13,866 nt of DNA from assembly GCA_046581755.1 (NCBI GenBank), contig JAYGFR010000255.1, positions 1-13,866 of the forward strand. Reading direction: 5' to 3'. Source of the DNA: Nitrospinota bacterium (GTDB lineage: Bacteria; UBA8248). Position numbers and translations under genes: made by a program. Each line of letters starts with the position of its first letter. Position 1 is the stretch's first letter. The notes under the pieces were generated by a model. That model did no database searches, was not told where the DNA came from, and was given only the letters and a program-made list of their open reading frames with translations. Positions 1 through 6,702 of this stretch are shown piece after piece.

Positions 1-2
1 TC

Positions 3-503
3 GTGACGATCAACCTCTATGGTTTTCTTCCCCTCTATTATTCGGCCCGTGGGGACACCCTTTGGGAGGGAGGAACGGCGCTCACTCTGTTTCTCGTCGC
101 TGGAGCCTCAGGAGGGGTGGTCGGCGGATGGCTCTCCGACCGGATCGGCAGGAAAAGGGTTATCGTCTTCTCGGCGCTGGCGGTGGCGCCTCTTCTCCTC
201 GTTTTTTTGGGGACGGGAGGGCTACTCCAGTATGCGCTGATCCTTCCGCTGGGCGTGTTCATGCATGCCTCCATGGGCGTGAGTGTGGCCTATGCCCAGG
301 AACTCATGCCGAACCGTCCGGCGCTCGCAGCAAGCATCATGCAGGGGGGCAATTGGTTCGTTTCGGGCCTCACCCTCACGGGGACCGGTGCCTTGGGCGA
401 CTGGCTCGGAATCGATGCCGCCCTCCAACTCCTCGCCGCCATCCTCGTCATCGAGTTCGCGATTTCCCTCACCCTGCCGGGGAGGGCCAAAGAGGCGGGG
501 TGA
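3..503 (+). CDS. MFS transporter, Fsr (fosmidomycin resistance)-like, 5'-partial (C-terminal half)
   Basis: Reading frame is open from the window edge to TGA at 501-503. Several hydrophobic helices, an MFS motif A-like loop GGWLSDRIGRK, and VAYAQELMP resembling the Fsr-family VYAQELxP. Confidence 0.85.
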   Translation: MTINLYGFLPLYYSARGDTLWEGGTALTLFLVAGASGGVVGGWLSDRIGRKRVIVFSALAVAPLLLVFLGTGGLLQYALILPLGVFMHASMGVSVAYAQELMPNRPALAASIMQGGNWFVSGLTLTGTGALGDWLGIDAALQLLAAILVIEFAISLTLPGRAKEAG

Positions 504-640
504 ATAACGAGAGGCAATCTAGGCGGCCGGGGGCGGGCGTTTCAGCCGGAAACGCCGAATCCGGTTTCTCTCCGCCGGATGGCGGGCGGGCGTTCCGTAA
601 ACCGCGGTCATGACCCGGTGTGATGTGCGCATGATCTCCT

Positions 641-692
641 GAACGCACGCAACGCCGGGGCCGCGGATGCGGCCCCGGCGCTGCATGCGTTC
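641..692 (-). terminator. 24-bp stem-loop in the 3' UTR of the substrate-binding protein gene (terminator or mRNA-stabilising hairpin)
   Basis: Arms 641-664 (GAACGCACGCAACGCCGGGGCCGC) and 669-692, 4-nt loop. 22/24 Watson-Crick pairs; both mismatches become G-U pairs on the minus-strand RNA. It lies 37 nt past the stop codon, between convergent genes. No clear U-tract. Confidence 0.7.
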
Positions 693-729
693 TCGTTCGA
701 ATTCTACAACCAACGGCTAAACCAACAGC

Positions 730-1923
730 CTAGTTCTTGGGGCGATTTTTCCAACTCGGCATCGGAAGTTTGTAGTCCACCTCGGCGAGTTTCTTTGGCC
801 AGACGATCAACCGCTTGCCGTTCAGAATCTGGAAGGTGAGGCCTTCATGGCTGTTGAGATTGTTCTTGTCCACCTTCCACGGCCCGATAACCGTAACTGT
901 CCTCATGGAGCGAAGCGTTTTCCAGACCTGATGCCGATCGATGGTGCCGGCTTTTTTGATGGCCGCTCCGGTGATCTGCATCGCCGCGTAGGAAATTCCG
1001 GCATGGTAGTTGGGCTTTATGCCGTAGCGCTTCTCGTATTCGGCGATAAACGGCCGCATCCCCGGGCGTTTCAGGATTTCGGGCTTGGGCTCCCACTGGC
1101 TGAAGCCCAGAACGTATTCGGCCGTATTGCCAAGCTGTTTGGCGAATTTGGGAAGGCCCGGGCCCACCGTTCCGGAAACCATCTTCAGGTTGATGTTGAG
1201 CTCGCGGAGGCCGCGAAGCTGGGCGGTCGAGTCGGCAAAGTAGCTGTTCGTGAAGAGGGCCTCGACGCGGCGGGACTTGATCTTCTGAAGGAGAGCGGTG
1301 AAGTCCTGCTGTTTTCTGGGATAGCTTTCCTCCAGGACGACTTTCAGGCCGAGCTTCTTCGCCCAGGCCCTTAGGCCTTCCGCGGTCTGGCGGGGGAAGA
1401 GGCTGTCCTCGCCGATGATGGCGATGCGCTTGATGCCGAGATCCCTGGCGATGTGAGCCGAGCCCTTCTGATAGTCCTGGGCGACGGCGTTTTGGTTGAA
1501 CAGGTACTTCCGGCCCCTTTGCCAGATGACGCCCGAGGAGGCGCCCGGCGCCAGCGTCGGGTACTTGTAGCGCTCGAGAACGTTCGCCACGGCGTCCGTG
1601 ATTCCGCTCGAGTAGGGCCCCATGGTGAGGTCAACCTGGTCCTGGGTGATCAGCTTCTCGTACAGCTTGAGGCTCTGCTGCTTGTCCGATTTATCGTCCA
1701 GGATGACGAGGTTGATCTTTTTGCCTGCCCAGCCGCCCTTTTTGTTTTGCAAATCGGTGTACATCTTCCAGGAGTTCACGAACCGCCCCGCAGGTTCGGC
1801 GTAGCGTCCCGTCATGGAGACGGCAACGCCGATTGTGACCTCACCGCCTGCCTGGGCTTTCGCGGTCCAGGAAAGCGATAAGGCCAGTGCCATGGCCAAG
1901 CCAATACCCAATACTTTTTTCAT
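730..1923 (-). CDS. Branched-chain amino acid-type ABC transporter substrate-binding protein (LivK/LivJ-like, periplasmic binding protein type 1), 397 aa
   Basis: ATG at 1923 preceded by AGGAGG. Signal peptide MKKVLGIGLAMALALSLSWTAKAQA. Family motifs IGVAVSMTGRYA, GGWAGKKINLVILDDKSD, GPYSSG, DFTALLQKIK. The ORF-track extension to 2076 is probably not translated. Confidence 0.92.
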   Translation of the reverse strand: MKKVLGIGLAMALALSLSWTAKAQAGGEVTIGVAVSMTGRYAEPAGRFVNSWKMYTDLQNKKGGWAGKKINLVILDDKSDKQQSLKLYEKLITQDQVDLTMGPYSSGITDAVANVLERYKYPTLAPGASSGVIWQRGRKYLFNQNAVAQDYQKGSAHIARDLGIKRIAIIGEDSLFPRQTAEGLRAWAKKLGLKVVLEESYPRKQQDFTALLQKIKSRRVEALFTNSYFADSTAQLRGLRELNINLKMVSGTVGPGLPKFAKQLGNTAEYVLGFSQWEPKPEILKRPGMRPFIAEYEKRYGIKPNYHAGISYAAMQITGAAIKKAGTIDRHQVWKTLRSMRTVTVIGPWKVDKNNLNSHEGLTFQILNGKRLIVWPKKLAEVDYKLPMPSWKNRPKN

Positions 1924-2142
1924 CTTTAGAACCCTCCTATCCAAAAAGGAGCAAAAGAGTACTGCCGACGGTGATGGAGCCGAATTTCCACCTCGCCAAT
2001 GGGATGGAGCAGCCAATAGACCTCCAAACCCATGGTTAGACAACAAAAAGGCCGATGCTAAATTCGCGCTCCCCAAAATGGAAAAGCGCCCCAGCGGACT
2101 GATTTGATTCGGAATTTTCTATGTACCTTTATGGATGAGGTT

Positions 2143-2187
2143 ATTTTAGCACGAACGGCCACGGGAAAGGGGCATAAATATGTGCCC
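2143..2187 (-). promoter_or_regulatory. Putative extended -10 promoter (TGcTAAAAT) with an upstream palindrome GGGCA-N8-TGCCC, for the substrate-binding protein gene
   Basis: Minus strand reads TGCTAAAAT at 2151-2143. Imperfect palindrome at 2170-2187, centred about 42 nt upstream of the predicted start site. Confidence 0.4.
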
Positions 2188-2327
2188 TCCCAGCCCCATT
2201 TTCATCTCTGGTTGCGGGGGGTCGCTCTCTCTGGGGGAGTGGCAGTAGGCGAAATGAGCGCGAGGACTGGCAGGAATTGCCCCTGTGGGAAGGGAATTCG
2301 CCGATGAAGCCTGGCGAGGCCTCAGGC

Positions 2328-2365
2328 CGTTTGACCTCAATTCGCCGGATTCACCCGGTCAAACG
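2328..2365. repeat. 9-bp inverted repeat downstream of the M24 gene (possible terminator hairpin)
   Basis: CGTTTGACC (2328-2336) and GGTCAAACG (2357-2365), 20-nt spacer, about 30 nt after the stop at 2395. Confidence 0.4.
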
Positions 2366-2394
2366 CAATTTCAGATTCTCCCTCTGCTCTCCTC

Positions 2395-3582
2395 TCACCC
2401 GCAGCGCGGGAACGCCATCGGGTAGGTATGGAGCGATTCGAAACCATCCGGGGTGACGATGCCGAGGTCTCCGATCTGGAGACCGCGGCCCGCATCGTCC
2501 ATGGGGTTGGGCTGAATCACCATGACCATATTTTCTTCGTAGCAAAAATCCGCGGGCGGCGCGGCGTAGCCCGAACCCCGGATGCCGATGGAGGGCTGAA
2601 CGAGATCCACGCCGAACCCGTGGGCAATGGAATCGTAAATTTTAAAACCGCGCCGGGGTATGACATCGACCGCATCGAGTATGTCCCCGACCGGCGCTCC
2701 GGCTTTCATCGCTTTTGCGACGCCCTCGAAGCAGGCCATCGCCGCATCGAAAAGCGCCCGGTAGGGCGGCGTCGGATCCGCCGCGACGGTGAAGGGGCGG
2801 AGCACCTGCCCCGCGTAGCCGAAGTAGGCTGCGCTGATCTCGGTGAGGAGGATATCGCCGGCCTCGAGTTTTCGCTGCCGGGGGTTTTGCCAGGGCAGGG
2901 GTGTGTGCGGGTCCACCATGGGCGTTGCGGTGACGAAGTGGGTCTGTTGCTCGCCGCCCTCGACGCGGAAGGCGGCCGCCATCCGGCCGGCGAGCTCGAT
3001 CTCCGGGATGCCCGGCCGGGCGAACTCCTCGCAAGCCGTCATCGTGAGATCGCTCAGGCGCGCTCCTTCCCGGATCCATTCGATCTCCTCGGCGCTTTTC
3101 ACGATGCGGAGATCTCGGAATTTCGCCGATACGTCCATCCAATCGGCCTCGGGAAACCGCTCCTTGAGGTAGTCCATATGCTCGAAGGGGATGAGGTTCT
3201 TGAAGCGCGGGTTGATGCCGACCAGGCCAATCCGCCCCGCGCCGATGGCAAGCGCGTCGAGTTGGTCCGCCACTTTCTCCGGGTTCCCGTAGGCGCCGTG
3301 GCGCACGTCGGAGAAAACCGCCTGGACCTTGGCGTTGTGGAGGTGGTTGTAGAGGCCGACAAATAGCGATGCATCCCCCCCCTTGGGGAAGATCAGGTAG
3401 GCCTGGTTGAAGTCGCGGTATGCGGAGAGCCAGAACATGTTGGCCTGGGCGGATCGGTTGGTCCCCCCGAATCCATAAAGGAGGAGGGCATCCAGGCCCT
3501 CGCTATCCATCAGTCCTCGCGCAAGGGCGTGGCGGCGGTTCATCTCATCGTCCGAAAATCGGGGATAGTGGTCATCGCTCAT
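2395..3582 (-). CDS. M24 family (Xaa-Pro peptidase/creatinase fold) protein with non-canonical metal site, 395 aa
   Basis: AAGGAG RBS before the ATG. Creatinase-N-like N-terminus (GLDALLLYG), linker LRIVKSAEEIEWIR, pita-bread motifs ARPGIPEIEL, GDILLTEIS, GYAGQVLRPF, HGFG, NMVMVIQPN, GDLGIVTPDG. Confidence 0.88.
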   Translation of the reverse strand: MSDDHYPRFSDDEMNRRHALARGLMDSEGLDALLLYGFGGTNRSAQANMFWLSAYRDFNQAYLIFPKGGDASLFVGLYNHLHNAKVQAVFSDVRHGAYGNPEKVADQLDALAIGAGRIGLVGINPRFKNLIPFEHMDYLKERFPEADWMDVSAKFRDLRIVKSAEEIEWIREGARLSDLTMTACEEFARPGIPEIELAGRMAAAFRVEGGEQQTHFVTATPMVDPHTPLPWQNPRQRKLEAGDILLTEISAAYFGYAGQVLRPFTVAADPTPPYRALFDAAMACFEGVAKAMKAGAPVGDILDAVDVIPRRGFKIYDSIAHGFGVDLVQPSIGIRGSGYAAPPADFCYEENMVMVIQPNPMDDAGRGLQIGDLGIVTPDGFESLHTYPMAFPRCG

Positions 3583-3620
3583 GGATGGGACTCCTTGCCG
3601 AGGGGATAAATGCGTGGAAG

Positions 3621-3678
3621 GCCGGCATGCCGGCTATTCGGGATGGGGCAGGATAACCGCTTTGGCCCGCCCGTCCAA
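3621..3678 (-). promoter_or_regulatory. Putative sigma70 promoter for the M24 gene (TTGGAC-N17-TATCCT) with a downstream perfect 14-bp palindrome
   Basis: -35 at 3678-3673, -10 at 3655-3650, 17-nt spacer. Palindrome GCCGGCATGCCGGC at 3621-3634. Confidence 0.45.
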
Positions 3679-3696
3679 AGGGGGGGGAGCGGGATT

Positions 3697-4452
3697 TCAG
3701 GAAAAGATTTTCCAGACCCAGCGCAGGACGAGAACGCTAGCGACCCCGAAGAGGCCCCACCGTACGACCCGGAAGAAAATCTCCTGGGAGAGTTTCTCGC
3801 GCAACCGGATCCCGGCCCAAAACCCCAGGAATACCGGAGCAATTGCGATGAACGCCCGGGAGAGAGCGGCTTGGGTGTACTCCCCGCTCAGGGCAAAGGC
3901 GGTCACCGCAGCGCCGATGGTGAGGGTGTTGAAGGCGTTGATGAGAAAGACAAAGGCATTTTTCGAGAAATGGAACATGGTGAAGTAGACGATGCTCACG
4001 GGGCCCGGCAGGTTGGCCATCCCGGCGAGAAATCCGGCCAGCAGGCCACACCCGGCTCCGATGCCCCGGCGGGCGGCCGCGCCGATGCTGCCCATCTCCG
4101 GCAAGAAGCGCCGGACGGCAAGGTAAAGGTAGACGGTCAGGCCGATGACGAGGCGCACCAGGTCCGGGTCGCCCCGCTGGAGGAAAATGACCCCGAGCGG
4201 AACGCATACGCCCCCCACGATGAAATAGGGGAGCACCCGGGAGATGCTCCGCCACTCGGAAAAATCGCGCCTCACGTTGTCGATATTGGTGAGCACGACG
4301 GAAAACGAGAGCATCACCACTGCGTCGCGCGGCCCGAGGATGAGGGAGAGGAAAGGAATCGAAAAGGCGGGGAGCCCGAATCCGATTCCTCCCTTGACGA
4401 CACCGCCCAAGAAAAGAATGAGGGCGGTGAAAGCCCATTCCGAGGTGCTCAT
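3697..4452 (-). CDS. Sulfite exporter TauE/SafE family membrane protein, 251 aa
   Basis: Highly hydrophobic, with two repeats of the family Gly-rich helix (LGGVVKGGIGFG; LAGFLAGMANLPGP) and a C-terminal GFWAGIRLREKLSQEIFFR. ATG at 4452 preferred over GTG at 4464. Confidence 0.88.
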   Translation of the reverse strand: MSTSEWAFTALILFLGGVVKGGIGFGLPAFSIPFLSLILGPRDAVVMLSFSVVLTNIDNVRRDFSEWRSISRVLPYFIVGGVCVPLGVIFLQRGDPDLVRLVIGLTVYLYLAVRRFLPEMGSIGAAARRGIGAGCGLLAGFLAGMANLPGPVSIVYFTMFHFSKNAFVFLINAFNTLTIGAAVTAFALSGEYTQAALSRAFIAIAPVFLGFWAGIRLREKLSQEIFFRVVRWGLFGVASVLVLRWVWKIFS

Positions 4453-4502
4453 GCAGCGGGCCACACAGCCCGGCCGGGGGCCGGGGAATGTTCCTGACTC
4501 AT
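4449..4502 (-). other. 17-aa small ORF (MSQEHSPAPGRAVWPAA) coupled to the TauE start by an ATGA overlap
   Basis: GGAGAG (4516-4511) lies 8 nt before ATG 4502. The TGA stop (4451-4449) overlaps the TauE ATG (4452-4450). Confidence 0.35.
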
Positions 4503-4611
4503 GGGCATGTCTCTCCGGAGCGGTGCATCCTGCGGGGATTGAATCAATCGGCGAGGGCCCACTTTAGGGGAAATCCCGGCTCCTGTCTGCCCGGGACGTG
4601 AGATTTCCGCG

Positions 4612-5088
4612 CTAACCGGCGGAGGCGCCCTCTTCGACGCTGTCGCCGGGGCGGATGACGCCCCCTTCGAGCACCTCGGCGAACAGGCCGCAGCGGTGGA
4701 TCAGGGAGGAAAGGATGGGTTTTCCCACGACTTCCTGGAGGTGCTTGCATGGCTCGTTGAGCATGACCCCGCGGAGGGTGACTTCCCCGGCCCGAAAAGT
4801 TTTCCCGACCAAGTGGGTGAGCGGCACCCCGCGCGTAATCAGGTTCATGCGGCACTCATTCGGAGCCAGGATCTTGTTGTTGTCGCGGAGAATGGTCTCC
4901 AGAACTTCGGTCTCGAACAGCGTCACCTGGCGCTTGGGGCCCTCGTTGCGGGAAAAGAATCCGATCTTCTTGAAATAGCGGTCCCCCTCCAGGCCCCGTC
5001 CGGGTATGGCGCGCACTTCGGGAACGGTTTCCATCGGGACCGAGGCTTCGGGCGCGATGTGCACCGACTCAACCGTTCCATTCCACAT
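4612..5088 (-). CDS. MOSC domain-containing protein (YiiM-like), 158 aa
   Basis: AAAGGAG RBS. Motifs GRGLEGDRY, RQVTL, RMNLITRGV, NEPCKHL (conserved Cys), GLFAEVLEGGVIRPGD. Confidence 0.92.
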   Translation of the reverse strand: MWNGTVESVHIAPEASVPMETVPEVRAIPGRGLEGDRYFKKIGFFSRNEGPKRQVTLFETEVLETILRDNNKILAPNECRMNLITRGVPLTHLVGKTFRAGEVTLRGVMLNEPCKHLQEVVGKPILSSLIHRCGLFAEVLEGGVIRPGDSVEEGASAG

Positions 5089-5148
5089 CGGGATTCTCCT
5101 TTTCCGTTTTCCGGTTCGCCATCTTCGGCAGGCACAAAATAACTCCGA

Positions 5149-5197
5149 AAGTGGCTCCGGTAAAGGTCCAGTTCATGATAAAAATGGGGTGCCACTT
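5149..5197. promoter_or_regulatory. Putative MocR-family operator (inverted plus direct repeats) in the divergent MOSC/MocR intergenic region
   Basis: AAGTGGCTCC (5149-5158) and GGTGCCACTT (5188-5197) form a 9/10 inverted repeat. GGTCCAGTT (5165-5173) is a degenerate direct repeat of the second site. Confidence 0.6.
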
Positions 5198-5211
5198 CTG
5201 GGGGAGTTTCC

Positions 5212-6675
5212 ATGGTCTTGCTCAAAGCCGCCGCGCGGGGAAGCATCCGCGCGAGTATCTACGAATCCATCCGCGAGGCGATCCTCTCGGGCGGCCTCGG
5301 AGCGGGGGCACGCCTGCCGTCCAGCCGGGACCTTGCCGCCGAAGCGGGCGTATCGCGCAACTCCGTCCTCACCGCCTACGATCAGCTTATGGCCGAGGGC
5401 TACATCATCGCCCGGAAAGGATCGGGCACCTACGTCGCCCCGGAGCTTCCGGACGACATGTCGGCCCCGGTGCGGGCGGGGGATCGTGGCGGTCCCGCGC
5501 CCCCGGCCCAGCCGCCCCTTTCGGCCTACGGGCGGCGTACGGCCAAAGCACCCGGCGAATTGCCGGCCTCGCGTCCGGCGGGGCTTCGCTACGATTTCCG
5601 GTATGGCCTGCCCCCGGCCGATGGGTTTCCCTACACCCTGTGGCGGAAAAAGATGGGCGGACGTCTCCGGCGAATGTCCCAGCAAGACATGCAGTACGCA
5701 CCGCCGGAGGGATACGGCCCCCTCCGGGAGGCCATCGCTGCCTATCTTTCCCGGCACCGGGGTGTCGAGAGCGCCCCCGGGCAGATCATCGTCGTCAGCG
5801 GCTCCCAGCAGGCGCTTGACCTCACCGCACGGATGCTGCTCGATCCGGGAGACGGCGTTCTTATCGAAGAGCCACACTACCTCGGCGCCCGGTATGTTTT
5901 TCTGGCCGCCGGGGCCCGGCTGATTCCGGCGCCCGCCGGGCCGGATGGCCTGGACCTATCGGCCGCGCCACGGGCCGCCGCTCGCGCGAAGCTGGCCTAT
6001 GTCACCCCCTCGCACCAGTTTCCCACCGGAGGCGTTATGCCGCTGGCGCGCCGCTTGGAACTGCTCGGCTGGGCCGGCCGAACGGGGGCCTATGTGATCG
6101 AGGACGACTACGACAGTGAATTTCGCTATGGGGGCAGGCCCGTCGAAGCGATTCAGGCACTCGACCGCTCCGGGCGGGTCATTTACATGGGCACGTTTTC
6201 GAAAACGATGTTCCCCGCCCTCCGCATCGGCTACCTCGTCCTCCCTCCCGCGCTGGTGGAGCCGTTCAAGCGCGCCAAATGGCTCGCCGACCGGCACACC
6301 CCGGTCCTTGAACAGGAGGCGATGGCGGATTTCATCGCCGATGGAGATTACGAGCGCCACCTGCGCCGCTCGCGGCAGCGCAGCGCTTCCCGCAGGGCCG
6401 CTCTTCTCGAAGCGCTCGAGGCGCATCTGGGCGGCCGGACCGAGGTTTGGGGGGCGAACGCGGGGCTTCACCTGCTGGTCTGGCTGAACGGGGTCCCGGG
6501 CCGGGGACTGGACTCCCTAATCGGACGGGCGGCGGAGGCCGGGGTCGGCATCTATTCGGCGTTTCCCTACTACCTCAAGCCTCCCCCCCGGGCGGGGCTC
6601 CTTCTCGGATTTGCCTCAATGAACGAAAAAGAGATTCCGGCGGGGATTCGTATTCTGGCGCGGGTGATGGGGTGA
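5212..6675 (+). CDS. MocR/GabR-family transcriptional regulator (GntR wHTH plus PLP-binding aminotransferase domain), 487 aa
   Basis: N-terminal RLPSSRDLAAEAGVSRNSVLTAYDQLMAEGY...GSGTYV. AAT-like motifs GSQQAL, YVTPSHQFPTG, IEDDYDSEFRY, GTFSKTMFPALRIGY (PLP lysine retained). GGGGAG RBS. Confidence 0.96.
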   Translation: MVLLKAAARGSIRASIYESIREAILSGGLGAGARLPSSRDLAAEAGVSRNSVLTAYDQLMAEGYIIARKGSGTYVAPELPDDMSAPVRAGDRGGPAPPAQPPLSAYGRRTAKAPGELPASRPAGLRYDFRYGLPPADGFPYTLWRKKMGGRLRRMSQQDMQYAPPEGYGPLREAIAAYLSRHRGVESAPGQIIVVSGSQQALDLTARMLLDPGDGVLIEEPHYLGARYVFLAAGARLIPAPAGPDGLDLSAAPRAAARAKLAYVTPSHQFPTGGVMPLARRLELLGWAGRTGAYVIEDDYDSEFRYGGRPVEAIQALDRSGRVIYMGTFSKTMFPALRIGYLVLPPALVEPFKRAKWLADRHTPVLEQEAMADFIADGDYERHLRRSRQRSASRRAALLEALEAHLGGRTEVWGANAGLHLLVWLNGVPGRGLDSLIGRAAEAGVGIYSAFPYYLKPPPRAGLLLGFASMNEKEIPAGIRILARVMG

Positions 6676-6702
6676 GATTGTCCGGGCGGGCGGTGTCTGG
6701 CC

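Noticed and set aside
531..597. Short direct repeat GGGCGGGCGTT(T/C)C, with a similar string near 11630
   Set aside because: Short and GC-rich with no regular spacing; compatible with chance and not a CRISPR or tandem array.
519..640. Small minus-strand ORF (MRTSHRV...) after the hairpin, preceded by AGGAG
   Set aside because: RBS-ATG spacing is only 3 nt and the Arg/Pro-rich product resembles no permease or known peptide.
1924..2076. 51-aa N-terminal extension of the binding protein in the ORF track
   Set aside because: A strong AGGAGG RBS and a signal peptide begin at ATG 1923.
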